Assembly: GCA_965203805.1 (NCBI GenBank)
Contig: OZ241917.1
Coordinates: forward strand, 3,040,001 to 3,104,000
DNA: 64,000 nucleotides
Direction: 5' to 3'
From: Candidatus Latescibacterota bacterium
GTDB lineage: Bacteria > Latescibacterota > UBA2968 > GCA-2709665
In this document: in pieces, positions 20,401 through 30,962 of the stretch
How positions within the stretch are numbered: position 1 is the first letter of the stretch
How the letters are laid out: each line of letters begins with the position of its first letter
Translations under genes and position numbers: made by a program
Notes under the pieces: generated by a model
Told to the model about the DNA's origin: nothing
The model's database searches: none
The model's input: only the letters and a program-made list of their open reading frames with translations

Positions 20401-21804
20401 ATGAAAGAATCGATCGATACCGAAGTCCTCGTTTCCGAATCGCGTCACCTGTGGCAGAACTATTTCCCCGGCGCAAAACCGGAACAAGAGCCAACCGCGA
20501 TTACCCGCGGCGATGGCCTCTATATTTATGATGCCGAGGGAAACGAATACCTGGACACCTTCGCCTCGCTGCTTACGACCCTGTGCGGGCACGGCCGCAC
20601 CGAAGTCGTCGACGCGGTCAGGAACCAGATGGAGAAACTGGCGTACTTTCCCGGCGGCCAGGACGTCCTGATCGAACCTGCCGTCAGGCTGGCGGCGAAG
20701 CTTGCCGAAATCGCACCTGGGCGACTCTCGGTCTCATTCCTTGTCAACGACGGCTCGGAAGCAAACGAGGCGGCCATCAAACTGGCGCGCAGCTATCACT
20801 GGGCCAAGGGCGAGAAAAACCGCTACAAGGTACTATTTCGAAGGGGCTCATATCACGGGGCCACACTCGGCGCGCTCTCCGCGACCGGCCTGGCAGGGAC
20901 TCGCGAGCCCTATGAACCCCTGTTGCCCGGGTTTACCCACGCGATGCCCGCGAACTGTTATCGCTGTGAACTCAGCCTGGATCCCAGAACCTGCGCGCTG
21001 GCCTGCCGCCAGAATCTGGCGTCCATCCTGGAATGGGAGGGGCCCCGGTCGGTCGCCGCCGTCATCCTGGACCCCATCCCCGGGTCCAACACGGGATTTC
21101 CCCTTCCCCCGGACGGTTATCTGCAGAGCGTGCGGGATCTCTGCGACGCGCATGGCGTCCTGCTCATCTTCGACGAAATCCAGACCGGCTTCGGTCGCAC
21201 GGGAAAGATGTTCGCGTGTGAAAACTGGGACGTTACCCCCGATATCTTAACCGTCGCCAAGGGTTTCTCCGGGGGTTATCTGCCCATTGGCGCCGCGATT
21301 GCAACCGAGGAAATTGCCGAGACCATTCAAAGGGCGGGTACGGGATTCCGGCACATCCACACCTTTTCCGGCCATGCGGCCGCCTGCGCCGCCGCACTCG
21401 CCCATATCAAAATCATCCAGAACGAGAACCTCGCGGCGCGCGCCGCAGACCTGGGTGTCTATCTTCAGGAAAAACTGAACGAACTTCACCGGTATCCCAT
21501 CGTGGGAAATGTGCGCGGCCTCGGCACGCTCTGGGCCGTCGAACTCGTTGGCAACCGCGAAACAAAAGCGCCCTTGAATCCTCCCGACAAGGCCGGCGGC
21601 TTTATTTCCGATTTCTGCCGGAAAGCCGGCATGATCCTGCGCAACAACGGCGACATCCTCGTCCTGGCTCCTGCTCTCGTGATGACATTCGAACAGGCAG
21701 ACCGGATGCTCAACCTGCTGCACACCGCCATCGAACAGGCGCTGAGCCATTGCGAACAAAAAAACGACGTCTTTCAGTGGACCGACGAGTCGTCCGAGAA
21801 ATAG
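20401..21804 (+). CDS. Class III PLP-dependent aminotransferase
   Basis: GSEANE, SYHGAT, FDEIQTGFGRTG, TVAKG. Confidence 0.92.
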   Translation: MKESIDTEVLVSESRHLWQNYFPGAKPEQEPTAITRGDGLYIYDAEGNEYLDTFASLLTTLCGHGRTEVVDAVRNQMEKLAYFPGGQDVLIEPAVRLAAKLAEIAPGRLSVSFLVNDGSEANEAAIKLARSYHWAKGEKNRYKVLFRRGSYHGATLGALSATGLAGTREPYEPLLPGFTHAMPANCYRCELSLDPRTCALACRQNLASILEWEGPRSVAAVILDPIPGSNTGFPLPPDGYLQSVRDLCDAHGVLLIFDEIQTGFGRTGKMFACENWDVTPDILTVAKGFSGGYLPIGAAIATEEIAETIQRAGTGFRHIHTFSGHAAACAAALAHIKIIQNENLAARAADLGVYLQEKLNELHRYPIVGNVRGLGTLWAVELVGNRETKAPLNPPDKAGGFISDFCRKAGMILRNNGDILVLAPALVMTFEQADRMLNLLHTAIEQALSHCEQKNDVFQWTDESSEK

Positions 21805-21868
21805 GTCCGGACCGCCGCCGGACGCCAGGTAACGCCGCCGCCAGCTTCTCTACCTGTGAGAAAAACCA

Positions 21869-22867
21869 ATGATGCCGGAAAAGGAAAAGTGCCTCGACAT
21901 GCTCCGACGGATGTACCGCATCCGCGCTTTCGAAGCGCAGGTAAGGGACCACTACGACTACACCAGCTACCTTCGCGACAATCCCGAAAGCGAAGGGGCC
22001 ATTTCCGGTGCGGCCCATCTGGCCATCGGGCAGGAGGCAGCCGAAGTCGGCGTCTGCGCCGCCCTTGAGCCGGATGACTCAGTGGCCAGTACGCACAGGG
22101 GTCACGGTCACGCCATCGCAAAAGGGGCGGACCTCAAGCCGATGATGGCGGAGCTGATGGGGCGGAAACAGGGGTACAGCGGCGGATGCGGCGGCTCTAT
22201 GCACATCTTCAGTCCCGAACTCGGACTGATCGGGGGCAACGGCATCGTGGGGGCTCAGATTCCCATCGCCACCGGCGCCGCTTTCTCCGCCAAATACCGC
22301 GGCACGCGGCAGGTGGCCGTCGCTTTCTTCAGCGAGGGGGCCGCCAACCAGGGCGCTTTTCACGAAGCCCTGAACATGGCCGCGCTCTGGGACCTCCCCG
22401 CGATCTACGTCTGCGAAAACAACCTCTACGCCGCCACAACGCCAGCTTCTATCACGCTTTCGCCCCCCGACGTCGCCGCTAAGGCCGCAGCGTATGACAT
22501 GCCCGGATTCATCGTGGATGGTCAGGACATCCTCGAGGTGCACCAGGTCGCTTCCGAGTCTGTCGCCAGGGCGCGCGCCGGAAACGGACCCACGCTTATC
22601 GAATGCAAGACCTACCGCTTTGTGAGCCACGCGGGCGGAGGCAAAGGCGACCACAACAATCCTGAGGAGCTTGAGACCTGGAAACGCAAGGACCCGATCG
22701 GCCTATTCGAACGCAAGCTCTTCAAGGCCGGATACCTGACCGAAGAAGAGAGACAATCCATCGTTTCCGAAGCCGCAGCGGCCGCCGAAGAGGCCGTCGC
22801 CTACGGCAAGCGATCTCCGTATCCTGATTTCGAAGCGTTGCCCGTTTCCTCAGGTGTCGCGCTCTAG
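21869..22867 (+). CDS. TPP-dependent dehydrogenase E1 alpha subunit (pyruvate/acetoin DH-like)
   Basis: GQEA, STHRGHGH, GGSMH, SEGAANQG...ENN TPP motif variant. Confidence 0.9.
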   Translation: MMPEKEKCLDMLRRMYRIRAFEAQVRDHYDYTSYLRDNPESEGAISGAAHLAIGQEAAEVGVCAALEPDDSVASTHRGHGHAIAKGADLKPMMAELMGRKQGYSGGCGGSMHIFSPELGLIGGNGIVGAQIPIATGAAFSAKYRGTRQVAVAFFSEGAANQGAFHEALNMAALWDLPAIYVCENNLYAATTPASITLSPPDVAAKAAAYDMPGFIVDGQDILEVHQVASESVARARAGNGPTLIECKTYRFVSHAGGGKGDHNNPEELETWKRKDPIGLFERKLFKAGYLTEEERQSIVSEAAAAAEEAVAYGKRSPYPDFEALPVSSGVAL

Positions 22868-22933
22868 CCTGATGGAATGTACCCTTCCGAATCGGCCGGA
22901 TTTACCGTATTGAATTCATTGGGAGACCATTCA

Positions 22934-23896
22934 TTGCCCCACGTTACCTACGCCCAGGCCATCAGCGACGCCATCCGGGAGGAAACCGCCCGCGACGAGC
23001 GCGTCTTCACCATCGGCGAGGACATCGGTCCGGTCCGCGATCCGGAGCAACTCTGGGACCGGTTCCGGGAACGCCGCACGTGGCAGACCCCCATTTCCGA
23101 ATCGGGCTTCGTTGGACTGGCGGTCGGCGCCGCCATGACCGGCCTGCGCCCGGTTGCGGTCATCATGTATTGCGACTTCGTGACCGTCTGCATGGACCCC
23201 ATTGTCAACCAGGCCGCGAAGATTCATCTGATGTCCGGCGGCAACGTCGACGTCCCGCTGGTGATCCGCACGCCCGGCGGCGCCGGTACGCGCGAGGCCG
23301 GCCATCACAGCCAGAGCCTCGAGAGCTGGTTCGTCCATACGCCGGGTCTGAAAGTGGTGATGCCGGCCACTGCCGCCGACGCCAAGGGCCTGATGAAGGC
23401 CAGCATCCGGGACGACGGCCCGGTCGTTTTCATCCAGCATAGACTGCTGGGCGATATCGAAGAAGCCGTACCGGACGGCGATCACGTCGTTCCGTTAGGC
23501 ACGGCCGACGTCAAGCGCGAGGGCGCCGACGTGACCGTCGTCGCCGTCTCCTACGCGCTGCCGAAGACGCTTCAGGCGGCTGAATCCCTGGAACCCGAGA
23601 TCGGCGTGGAAGTGATCGATCCCCGTACACTCGTCCCGCTCGACGCGGGCACCATCCTTCGCTCGGTCAGGAAAACCGGCCGCCTCCTGGTCGTACACGA
23701 AGCACCCACGCGCGGCGGTTTCGGCGCCGAAATCGTACGGCAGGTTACCGAACGGGGATTCGACCACCTTCGCGTACCCCCTCGCGTCCTCGGCGGCCTC
23801 AATACGCCCATGCCATACAGCGCCCCGCTCGAAGACGCCTGTCTTCCTCAGACCGAAGATATCGCCGCAGCCATCAGGAGCTGCGTCCGCGCCTGA
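22934..23896 (+). CDS. TPP-dependent dehydrogenase E1 beta subunit
   Basis: GEDIG, TPISESG, HHSQS, IDPRTLVPLD; probable TTG start after GGGAG. Confidence 0.9.
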   Translation: MPHVTYAQAISDAIREETARDERVFTIGEDIGPVRDPEQLWDRFRERRTWQTPISESGFVGLAVGAAMTGLRPVAVIMYCDFVTVCMDPIVNQAAKIHLMSGGNVDVPLVIRTPGGAGTREAGHHSQSLESWFVHTPGLKVVMPATAADAKGLMKASIRDDGPVVFIQHRLLGDIEEAVPDGDHVVPLGTADVKREGADVTVVAVSYALPKTLQAAESLEPEIGVEVIDPRTLVPLDAGTILRSVRKTGRLLVVHEAPTRGGFGAEIVRQVTERGFDHLRVPPRVLGGLNTPMPYSAPLEDACLPQTEDIAAAIRSCVRA

Positions 23897-23918
23897 CCCT
23901 GCCTCCTTAGGAAGCCCG

Positions 23919-24164
23919 CTACTCCCCCCGTTTCCCCCGCCCCTTGATTCTGCGCCGCTGGTTCCTGACCAGGGTCACGATTTCCTGCGTGGAGACGTCC
24001 GCCCGGATCGACGGAACGTCCATCGGCGATCCGGAGGGCGGTTCCGGCACGAGTGCGTAGGTCCTGCCGTCTTTGCGACGAATGAGAACCTTGCCCGTCG
24101 CCTCGGCTTTGTCGAGTACGGTAGAGAAATTCTGCCTGGCTTCCGAGTAGGTATATACGTCCAT
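23919..24164 (-). CDS. Phd/YefM family antitoxin
   Basis: YTYSEARQNFSTVLDKA...VLIRRKDG N-terminal DNA-binding signature. Confidence 0.85.
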   Translation of the reverse strand: MDVYTYSEARQNFSTVLDKAEATGKVLIRRKDGRTYALVPEPPSGSPMDVPSIRADVSTQEIVTLVRNQRRRIKGRGKRGE

Positions 24165-24165
24165 C

Positions 24166-24564
24166 CTACACCCCCAAACTGACGAGCTTGATACCCAATA
24201 AGCCTGCGGCCCGTCCAAGCGTTCGATCCAGCGTCAACAGCGGCGCACCATGTCGCAGAGCGCAGTCCAGAAAGTACGCGTCGTAAGCGTATGCGTTCAC
24301 CTGCGCCGAGATCGACAAGACATTTGACATGTCGACGTTTACGTATTGAAGCGGAATGCTCTCCAGAATCTCCATGCCGCGCTGGGCATCCGCGACGCGA
24401 ACGCGGCGTTGCTTGATCATTGCCGAGAAGGCATTGCCAACTTCCCAGGGAATGGATCCGGGTCCGATAAGCGTATTCCCCGATGTGACTGCGACAATCG
24501 CATCTCTTTCCGGTTCTGCTACGATTACCGCGATGATTGCTGACGTGTCGATGACCATGTTCAC
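24166..24564 (-). CDS. vapC: PIN-domain (VapC) toxin
   Basis: VIDTSA, E, YDAY, LLTLD acidic PIN residues. Confidence 0.88.
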   Translation of the reverse strand: MNMVIDTSAIIAVIVAEPERDAIVAVTSGNTLIGPGSIPWEVGNAFSAMIKQRRVRVADAQRGMEILESIPLQYVNVDMSNVLSISAQVNAYAYDAYFLDCALRHGAPLLTLDRTLGRAAGLLGIKLVSLGV

Positions 24565-24586
24565 GATTATATCTCCAGGATACGAT

Positions 24587-24616
24587 CAATTGTACAATTG
24601 TCAGGACAGATGTCAA
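24587..24616 (-). promoter_or_regulatory. TA promoter with palindromic operator
   Basis: Minus-strand TTGACA-N16-TACAAT; perfect 14-bp palindrome CAATTGTACAATTG (24587-24600) covers the -10. Confidence 0.7.
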
Positions 24617-24695
24617 GGGGAAAACATCGATTCGCGGAAAAGCGGAGAGACGGGGAGAAAATCAGCTAACGGCTTTCAAAAGCCGCTGTGAGGGC

Positions 24696-24720
24696 GGGGC
24701 GGACATTCCTGTCTGCCCGC
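24696..24720. repeat. REP-like palindrome GGGCGGACATTCCTGTCTGCCC
   Basis: Imperfect hairpin in an intergenic region. Confidence 0.45.
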
Positions 24721-24940
24721 GTGCGCTGGACCTGTCTGTCAACACGGATCTCGCGTTTGACATATGCGCCGGCTTGGAACCGGACGAATCACAATGTCGT
24801 TGCGAGCATTTTCCATCGAAACCCGAAAGCGGACTTGCGTTTTTCGTATATCAGGGTACAATAGGGGTACAGAACAGAGGAGAAGCAGTCCGGTATTGCT
24901 TCCGAGTCGTTCCCTCTACACCCTTCATCCGGAGAATGAG

Positions 24941-26677
24941 ATGAGCGCTGGTGTCCGCAAGTTCATTGTCTTTGCCATTGCCCTGGCCGTATCCTGGATC
25001 GTCGGGATCAACGTGGCCCCGACCTGGACCGTCGAGCAGATCGCCCTCGATGCTCACGTCGACAGAGACGGAAATCTCTACTACATATATCGGGGAGAGC
25101 CGGCCTATTTTCACCCCGTACCCATTGAGGAGGCGCTGCTCAACCCCGAGCGAATGGAAGGCTCGCGCGAGACCCCGGAAGTGAAGAAGGAGTTTGTCTC
25201 CGTGGTCAGGATGGAGGAGGGGGAGCCAAGGACCCTATACTATCAGCTGCTGGCCAAGCACCACTGGGGCTTCTGGTCCCTGCTGCCCGCGGTGGTCGCC
25301 GTGCTCCTGTGCTGGCTCACCCGGGAGCCGGTTACCTCGCTCATTGGCGGCATCCTGTCGGGAGCCCTGGTGCTTACCCGCTACGACTTCACCGGCGAAG
25401 TCCTGATACCCTCGCTGGCCACGACCAGCTCCGCCGGCGTCCTGCTCCTCTACCTGTGGCTGCTGGGCGGGCTGATGGGGATCTGGTCCCGGACGGGCGC
25501 CGCGCAGGCGTTCGCCGAGTTAATGACCGAGCGCTTCGTGCGCGGTCCGCGAAGCGCGAAGCTCGTCTCCTGGATGCTCGGCGTCATCTTCTTCCAGGGG
25601 GGCACGGTCAGCACCGTGCTGGTCGGCACCACGGTCAAGCCGATCGCCGATACAGAAAAGGTCAGCCACGAAGAGCTCGCCTATATCGTCGACTCGACCG
25701 CCTCGCCGATCGCTTCCCAGCTCGCTTTCAACGCCTGGCCCGGATATGTACAGGCTTTCATCTTCGTCTCCGGGGTCGGATTCCTCGCCACCGAGACGGA
25801 CCGCATCGCCTTCTTCTTCCGGAGCGTGCCGTTCTGCTTCTACGCGATCTTCGCCGTGCTCGGCACCTTTCTCCTCAGCATCGAGAGGCCCCTGTTCCTC
25901 GGCAAGCGGCTCAAGGCGGCGATGGAGCGCTCCCGCGCGACCGGCCAGCTCGACGCCGAGGGAGCGAACCCCCTCAGCGCGAAGGAGCTGCAGGGAAGCA
26001 ACGTTCCCGAGGGCTATACCCCCCACGTGATGGAGTTCTTCCTGCCTTTGATTTCCCTCATCGGCATCGCCGTCGGCACCTTCATCGTCAGCGGCTCTCC
26101 CAACGTGCAGTGGGCCTTCGGAACGGCCCTGGTGCTCGCCGCGGGGATGGCTCTGGCCAAGGGGATGTCGCTGAAGGATCTTGTGGCGGGATTCCACGAC
26201 GGCCTCAAGGGGGTGGTGCTCGGTTCCGTCATTCTCCTGCTCGCCATCACCATCGGAGGGATAAACAAGGAGACGGGGGGCGGCATCTTTCTGGTCGAGC
26301 AACTCGGGGAGGCAATTCCCTACTTCCTGCTGCCGGTGCTGTTGCAGATCATGACCATGGTCATCGCCTTCTCCACGGGGACGAGCTGGGGCACGTACGC
26401 GGTGGCCTTCCCGCTGGCCATGCCGCTGGCCTGGGCGGTGGCAGGGGCTCACGGGCTTTCACATCCTGAGCTCTTCATGACGCTCTGCTTCGCCGCGGTC
26501 ATGGACGGCAGCGTGTACGGCGACCAGTGCTCGCCGATCTCCGACACCACCGTGCTCAGCTCGATGTGCACCGGCTGCGACCTGATGGACCACGTCAAGA
26601 CTCAGATCCCCCAGGCGTCCATCGCGGCCTTCCTGGCGGCGATCTGCTGGACCGTCGTCGCCTTCTTCACCGCCTGA
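24941..26677 (+). CDS. NhaC family Na+/H+ antiporter-like transporter
   Basis: Many TM helices, AYIVDSTASP, FSTGTSWGT, GDQCSPISDTT. Confidence 0.88.
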   Translation: MSAGVRKFIVFAIALAVSWIVGINVAPTWTVEQIALDAHVDRDGNLYYIYRGEPAYFHPVPIEEALLNPERMEGSRETPEVKKEFVSVVRMEEGEPRTLYYQLLAKHHWGFWSLLPAVVAVLLCWLTREPVTSLIGGILSGALVLTRYDFTGEVLIPSLATTSSAGVLLLYLWLLGGLMGIWSRTGAAQAFAELMTERFVRGPRSAKLVSWMLGVIFFQGGTVSTVLVGTTVKPIADTEKVSHEELAYIVDSTASPIASQLAFNAWPGYVQAFIFVSGVGFLATETDRIAFFFRSVPFCFYAIFAVLGTFLLSIERPLFLGKRLKAAMERSRATGQLDAEGANPLSAKELQGSNVPEGYTPHVMEFFLPLISLIGIAVGTFIVSGSPNVQWAFGTALVLAAGMALAKGMSLKDLVAGFHDGLKGVVLGSVILLLAITIGGINKETGGGIFLVEQLGEAIPYFLLPVLLQIMTMVIAFSTGTSWGTYAVAFPLAMPLAWAVAGAHGLSHPELFMTLCFAAVMDGSVYGDQCSPISDTTVLSSMCTGCDLMDHVKTQIPQASIAAFLAAICWTVVAFFTA

Positions 26678-26718
26678 GAGGAAGTGGGCCCGGCAGGCGG
26701 ACAGGTGGGCGCCGCTAT

Positions 26719-29622
26719 TCACGGGTCCGTCTTTTTTTTAGGTGAACGCCCTGGCCGCGTTTCCGGAACCCTCCGCGTATATTTGCAGTCGGGCCAATTC
26801 GAACAACCGATAAACCGTCCATATTTTCCACGCTTCTCGTGCAGCCATCCAAAGCACGCCGGACATCCCTCAACGGCCTGCCTGCAGTCCCGGCAACGGT
26901 AGTTCTCATCGGCCTTCGCCAGCAATCCGGTCCTGCAATGGGGACATCCGGGCTGTCGATACTCGCAATATGGCCAATGCGAACAACCGTAGAATATCCC
27001 CCCGTCCTTGGCGCTACGTCTACGCTGCATCCTTCCATGGATGCATTTGGGGCACGGAACATCCCGTTCGGGTCGCTTTCCGTGGACCTCAACGTCATAG
27101 CCGCCCTTCATCAACTCCTCGACGAAAGCCGAAGGCGTTCCCGCATCGATGACGAGATAGACGCCGCGCCGGGCGCGTGTGACCGCGACATAGAACAGTC
27201 GGCGCTCCTCGGCGTTTGGATGTGCTTCCGGCTCAGCCAGAACGAGGTCCAGTAGCGGGTCGTCGTCGATCTCGGAGGGGAAGCCGTACTTTCCGGAGTA
27301 CATGCCGAGCACCACCACATAGTCGGCCTCAAGGCCCTTGGAGCCATGTGCCGTCATGAAAGTGAGTTTGAGATTGAAATGCGCGCGCGCCAACGCGTCC
27401 ATATTCTGAGGCCTGGTGTGCCTGTACCGGCCCAGCAACAGAACCGTAGCGTGCTCGTCGTCCTCGGCGGCATGAGCGGCAATTGCGTTCAACGCCTCCG
27501 CCACGGGATCGGGAGACGTGTCCCGGGCGAACAATAAGTGCACGCATGGTTCGTCTGCATTGAAGATGGACGTAACACGCTTACGGATCTGTGCGGGGTT
27601 GCTGAGGACGAATCGGGTTGCGAGATCGGCGATACGATCCGCGCACCTGAACGTCGTTTCCAGTTTGACGCGTTCGCCCTCGCCGAAGCGCGCAGTGAAC
27701 TCTCGCATGATGGCGATGTCCGAACCCGCAAATCGGAAGATGGCCTGCCAGTCGTCGCCGACCGCGAACAACTGCGAGGTGTTCAATGTGTCCAGCAACG
27801 CCTTCAGCAGACGCGCTCTCCCGTCCGAGATATCCTGAAACTCATCGACGAGGATGTAACCGTACCGGTTGCGGTAACGCCCGCTCCGCACGTGTTCCGT
27901 CGCGTTGGTGATCATGTCGTGGAAATCGATCTGCCGCTTCCGAGCAAGCGATTCCTGGTAACGCTCATATACAGGAATGAAGACGGTCAGGAACGCCTCG
28001 GCCCGAAGACGGTTTCGAGCCCTGGCAGCCCTGCGGGCCACGTCGTCTGCGGAAAGTTGCGCACCCTTGTAGTGATGGAGAAACGTTGCAACCAGACGCG
28101 TGAAAGGTTCGATTCGACCCTGCTGTTCGAGGACGGAGAAGGTATTCCGGGATGGGATCGGAGACAGCTTTATCCCATGGACGGCCAGTTTTTCCGCCAG
28201 GTTCCCGGTCAGTCTGCCCGCGTCCTTTTCGTGGCTATAGGTTTCCACGAGAACCGTGCCATGTTCCGCATGCAGCCGTCTCTTCCAGTCCAATGACCTG
28301 AGATATTCGTCGCGATCGATAAAAGGAGGTGTATCGTTCGATTCCGAGAGTGCGAAATGCTCAATGTAAATCCCCGTGCCAGGGAGGGTGAAGTCGGGCT
28401 GGTACTGCCTCTTGACCGACGTGGCGGTGTCGTGTTCGTAGTCGCGTTCGTACTCATAGGACACACCGTTGAGGTAAAGGAAGTTGGCAATCTCGCATTC
28501 TTCGAAACTCTTGAGCTTCTCGCCTTGCAGAGACCGGACCTCGTTGTCCCGGAGATAGGCCCAATACTCTCCCTGAGTCCGGAATTCGAACTCGCTTCGG
28601 TACGGAGCAAAATGCCCTGCGAACCATCCGAGCATGTCGTCGGCGTACCTGGGATCGGCGACGAGGTCGCCAACGATGCCCTTCAGCAGGTCGAACAGGG
28701 CATGGTCATCTACCGCAGCCTTTGCCACGGCCGGGCGTCTGCGTTCCACCTCGCCGATGATCGACATGCCCAGGCTATGGAACGTTCGAACCGTGAGCCC
28801 GGCGCCCAGCCGAACGCCAAGGCGTTTTCGGATCCTTTCCTTCATTTCTTCCTGGGCATCTTTGGCAAATGCAAGCAGAAGCAGTTCCGATGGACGCCGG
28901 TACCCCTTCTGAATGAGCCAGCCCGCCTTGGCAACGATGACTGACGTCTTGCCGCTTCCGGCGGCTGCGACGACCAGGTTGCGGTCGTCATCGACGACAA
29001 CCGCTCTGCGCTGCTCGTCCGTGAGCGGCCTGGCCTCGATCCTTTCGAAGAAATCCCTGGATCGGACCAGCTCTTTGGCCACGAACGTCTCGCAAGCTCT
29101 CACCCGAAAACCTTCTGAATCGTCCGAGAAGGCCTGAATCGCCTTCAGCATTCGGCTTTCTGCGATGCCGGAGAGCTGTTCGGGCCACCGAGATGGGAAC
29201 CGGGCAACCAGATCTTTAGCATCTTGTTCGATCGGGGAAAAGACGGTACGCGCCACATACCGCGGCGGATCGGTAAACTGTGCAAGGCGTTCGTAGACGG
29301 ATTTAATCGTACGAGCATGTGAATCCAGGGCGCCTCGCCACCAGTCGACTCTCGCGCTCATGAGTGCGTCGCCGAACACCCGGGCGTCCGCCTTCGACAA
29401 TCCGGATACCGTTGCCTCGCCGGAGGCGTAACATATCTGCAGTCCTCCCCAGAACCACCCCTGCGCCACCTCCGCGGTCTCGATTTCCCGAAAGGGGATG
29501 TCGAACGACCGGGACGGGTATTCCAGGATCAAAGTATCACTGTTCAACGTGACCGCCCCGGCATGTCCCCGGCGAAGGACCGGGAACACGTACGTGGCCA
29601 GGCCGGATCGTCCGACGCGCAT
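26719..29622 (-). CDS. helD: UvrD/Rep family DNA helicase IV with C-terminal topoisomerase-type Zn ribbons
   Basis: AAAGSGKT, VDEFQD, VGDDWQAIF, HGSKGLE, EERRLFYVAVTRA; CxxC clusters and FYGCSHWP/FIGCSNWP. Confidence 0.88.
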   Translation of the reverse strand: MRVGRSGLATYVFPVLRRGHAGAVTLNSDTLILEYPSRSFDIPFREIETAEVAQGWFWGGLQICYASGEATVSGLSKADARVFGDALMSARVDWWRGALDSHARTIKSVYERLAQFTDPPRYVARTVFSPIEQDAKDLVARFPSRWPEQLSGIAESRMLKAIQAFSDDSEGFRVRACETFVAKELVRSRDFFERIEARPLTDEQRRAVVVDDDRNLVVAAAGSGKTSVIVAKAGWLIQKGYRRPSELLLLAFAKDAQEEMKERIRKRLGVRLGAGLTVRTFHSLGMSIIGEVERRRPAVAKAAVDDHALFDLLKGIVGDLVADPRYADDMLGWFAGHFAPYRSEFEFRTQGEYWAYLRDNEVRSLQGEKLKSFEECEIANFLYLNGVSYEYERDYEHDTATSVKRQYQPDFTLPGTGIYIEHFALSESNDTPPFIDRDEYLRSLDWKRRLHAEHGTVLVETYSHEKDAGRLTGNLAEKLAVHGIKLSPIPSRNTFSVLEQQGRIEPFTRLVATFLHHYKGAQLSADDVARRAARARNRLRAEAFLTVFIPVYERYQESLARKRQIDFHDMITNATEHVRSGRYRNRYGYILVDEFQDISDGRARLLKALLDTLNTSQLFAVGDDWQAIFRFAGSDIAIMREFTARFGEGERVKLETTFRCADRIADLATRFVLSNPAQIRKRVTSIFNADEPCVHLLFARDTSPDPVAEALNAIAAHAAEDDEHATVLLLGRYRHTRPQNMDALARAHFNLKLTFMTAHGSKGLEADYVVVLGMYSGKYGFPSEIDDDPLLDLVLAEPEAHPNAEERRLFYVAVTRARRGVYLVIDAGTPSAFVEELMKGGYDVEVHGKRPERDVPCPKCIHGRMQRRRSAKDGGIFYGCSHWPYCEYRQPGCPHCRTGLLAKADENYRCRDCRQAVEGCPACFGWLHEKRGKYGRFIGCSNWPDCKYTRRVPETRPGRSPKKKTDP

Positions 29623-30012
29623 AGATCCCCCCGGGCCCGATACCCTGTCTGATTCAAGATGACGAGTTTTACTGCAAATCGTACGCCAGGCCGATCGGAC
29701 ATCGACTGAAAAGCCGGTCGTGCATGGGGTCGCTGCACTGACTCATGGATCCGCCCTATCGACTGCCGCGCCCGCGTCAATACCTGTCCCGAAGAGGGTT
29801 TTACGGCAATCCGCCTTGAATTCCGCCGCTGTTTTCCGTTGACACGCTCCTGCAATGCCGCTTTCTTTCGCCTTCCTGTACGTGGCGATTCGTTTTGGAC
29901 GGAATGGGTACACATTGTTCTCCAATGTCCCGGAACGGATGGCGTGCCTCTGCAGAAAATGTTACATTTCCTCTCAATGCAGTGAAAGCAATTGTAAACG
30001 GGATCCAACGCC

Positions 30013-30025
30013 GGATTGACAATCC
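30013..30025. promoter_or_regulatory. Possible operator palindrome overlapping a TTGACA hexamer
   Basis: GGATTG-A-CAATCC about 50 bp upstream of the 30077 CDS. Confidence 0.35.
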
Positions 30026-30076
30026 ATTCTTTTCCCATCCCGCGGGACCTTTTTCTTGAAGGGCAAAGGATACCCC

Positions 30077-30877
30077 ATGGAAACCGTACGTGACAGGCTC
30101 TGGATCTTCACGTGTGTGGCCGGATCGGACAACGACTCGCTCACTTACGCCGGGTACACGCAGGGGTCGCGGATGACGCCGGCCGAAGGCGCGTTGTTTC
30201 TGGACGTACCCAACCTCCATATGATCCGGTGGCGCGGCCTGCCCGCGTATCCGTACGAACAGTACGCCGTTACCTTTTCCTCTCTGAAGCAGGTCACCTG
30301 GTCCATCGTGGGCAGCGGCGGACAGGTGGAAGGGGACGAACTCCAGCGAGTGCTCGATCTGGCCGAGCGGCATCCCAATATCACCGGGGTCTATCTGGAC
30401 GACTTCATGCGAAAGGACGGCAAAGGCGCCCTCAGCGTGGACGACCTCGCCGGAATCCGTCCGCGACTGAACGTTGCAGGCAGCAGGCTGGACCTCTGGG
30501 TGGTCCTGTACATCAGGCAACTCAACCTGCCCGTCACGCCGTACCTGGAACACTGCGACGTGGTTAACCTCTGGACCTGGAACTCCGACGAACTGGCAGA
30601 CCTCGAACGGAACATGGAACGACTCGAAGCCGTCAACCCCGGCGGTCGGGTCTCCCTGGGATGTTATCTCTGGGACTACCACAACCGGCGCGCTGTGTCG
30701 ATCTCGCAGATGGAGCACCAGTGCAATCTGGGTCTCCGGTGGCTCCGGGAAGGCCGAATCGAGAGCATCGTCTTTCTCGGCAACACCTGCTGCGACATCG
30801 GCATCGAGTCCGCCCCGTGGGCGCAGGCGTGGATCAGGGAGGTGGGCGATATCCCGCTGAACGCGGTCGACGAGTGA
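30077..30877 (+). CDS. Hypothetical protein, possible TIM-barrel/glycoside-hydrolase-like
   Basis: ORF with coding-like bias, GVYLDDF motif; no family firmly recognised. Confidence 0.6.
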   Translation: METVRDRLWIFTCVAGSDNDSLTYAGYTQGSRMTPAEGALFLDVPNLHMIRWRGLPAYPYEQYAVTFSSLKQVTWSIVGSGGQVEGDELQRVLDLAERHPNITGVYLDDFMRKDGKGALSVDDLAGIRPRLNVAGSRLDLWVVLYIRQLNLPVTPYLEHCDVVNLWTWNSDELADLERNMERLEAVNPGGRVSLGCYLWDYHNRRAVSISQMEHQCNLGLRWLREGRIESIVFLGNTCCDIGIESAPWAQAWIREVGDIPLNAVDE

Positions 30878-30962
30878 ACCAAGCGCGGGAGACAATAACC
30901 ACAAAGGCACAAAACGGGTAAAGCAGCGCGACTATGTAAAGCGACGTGAGGAGACGATCGAT

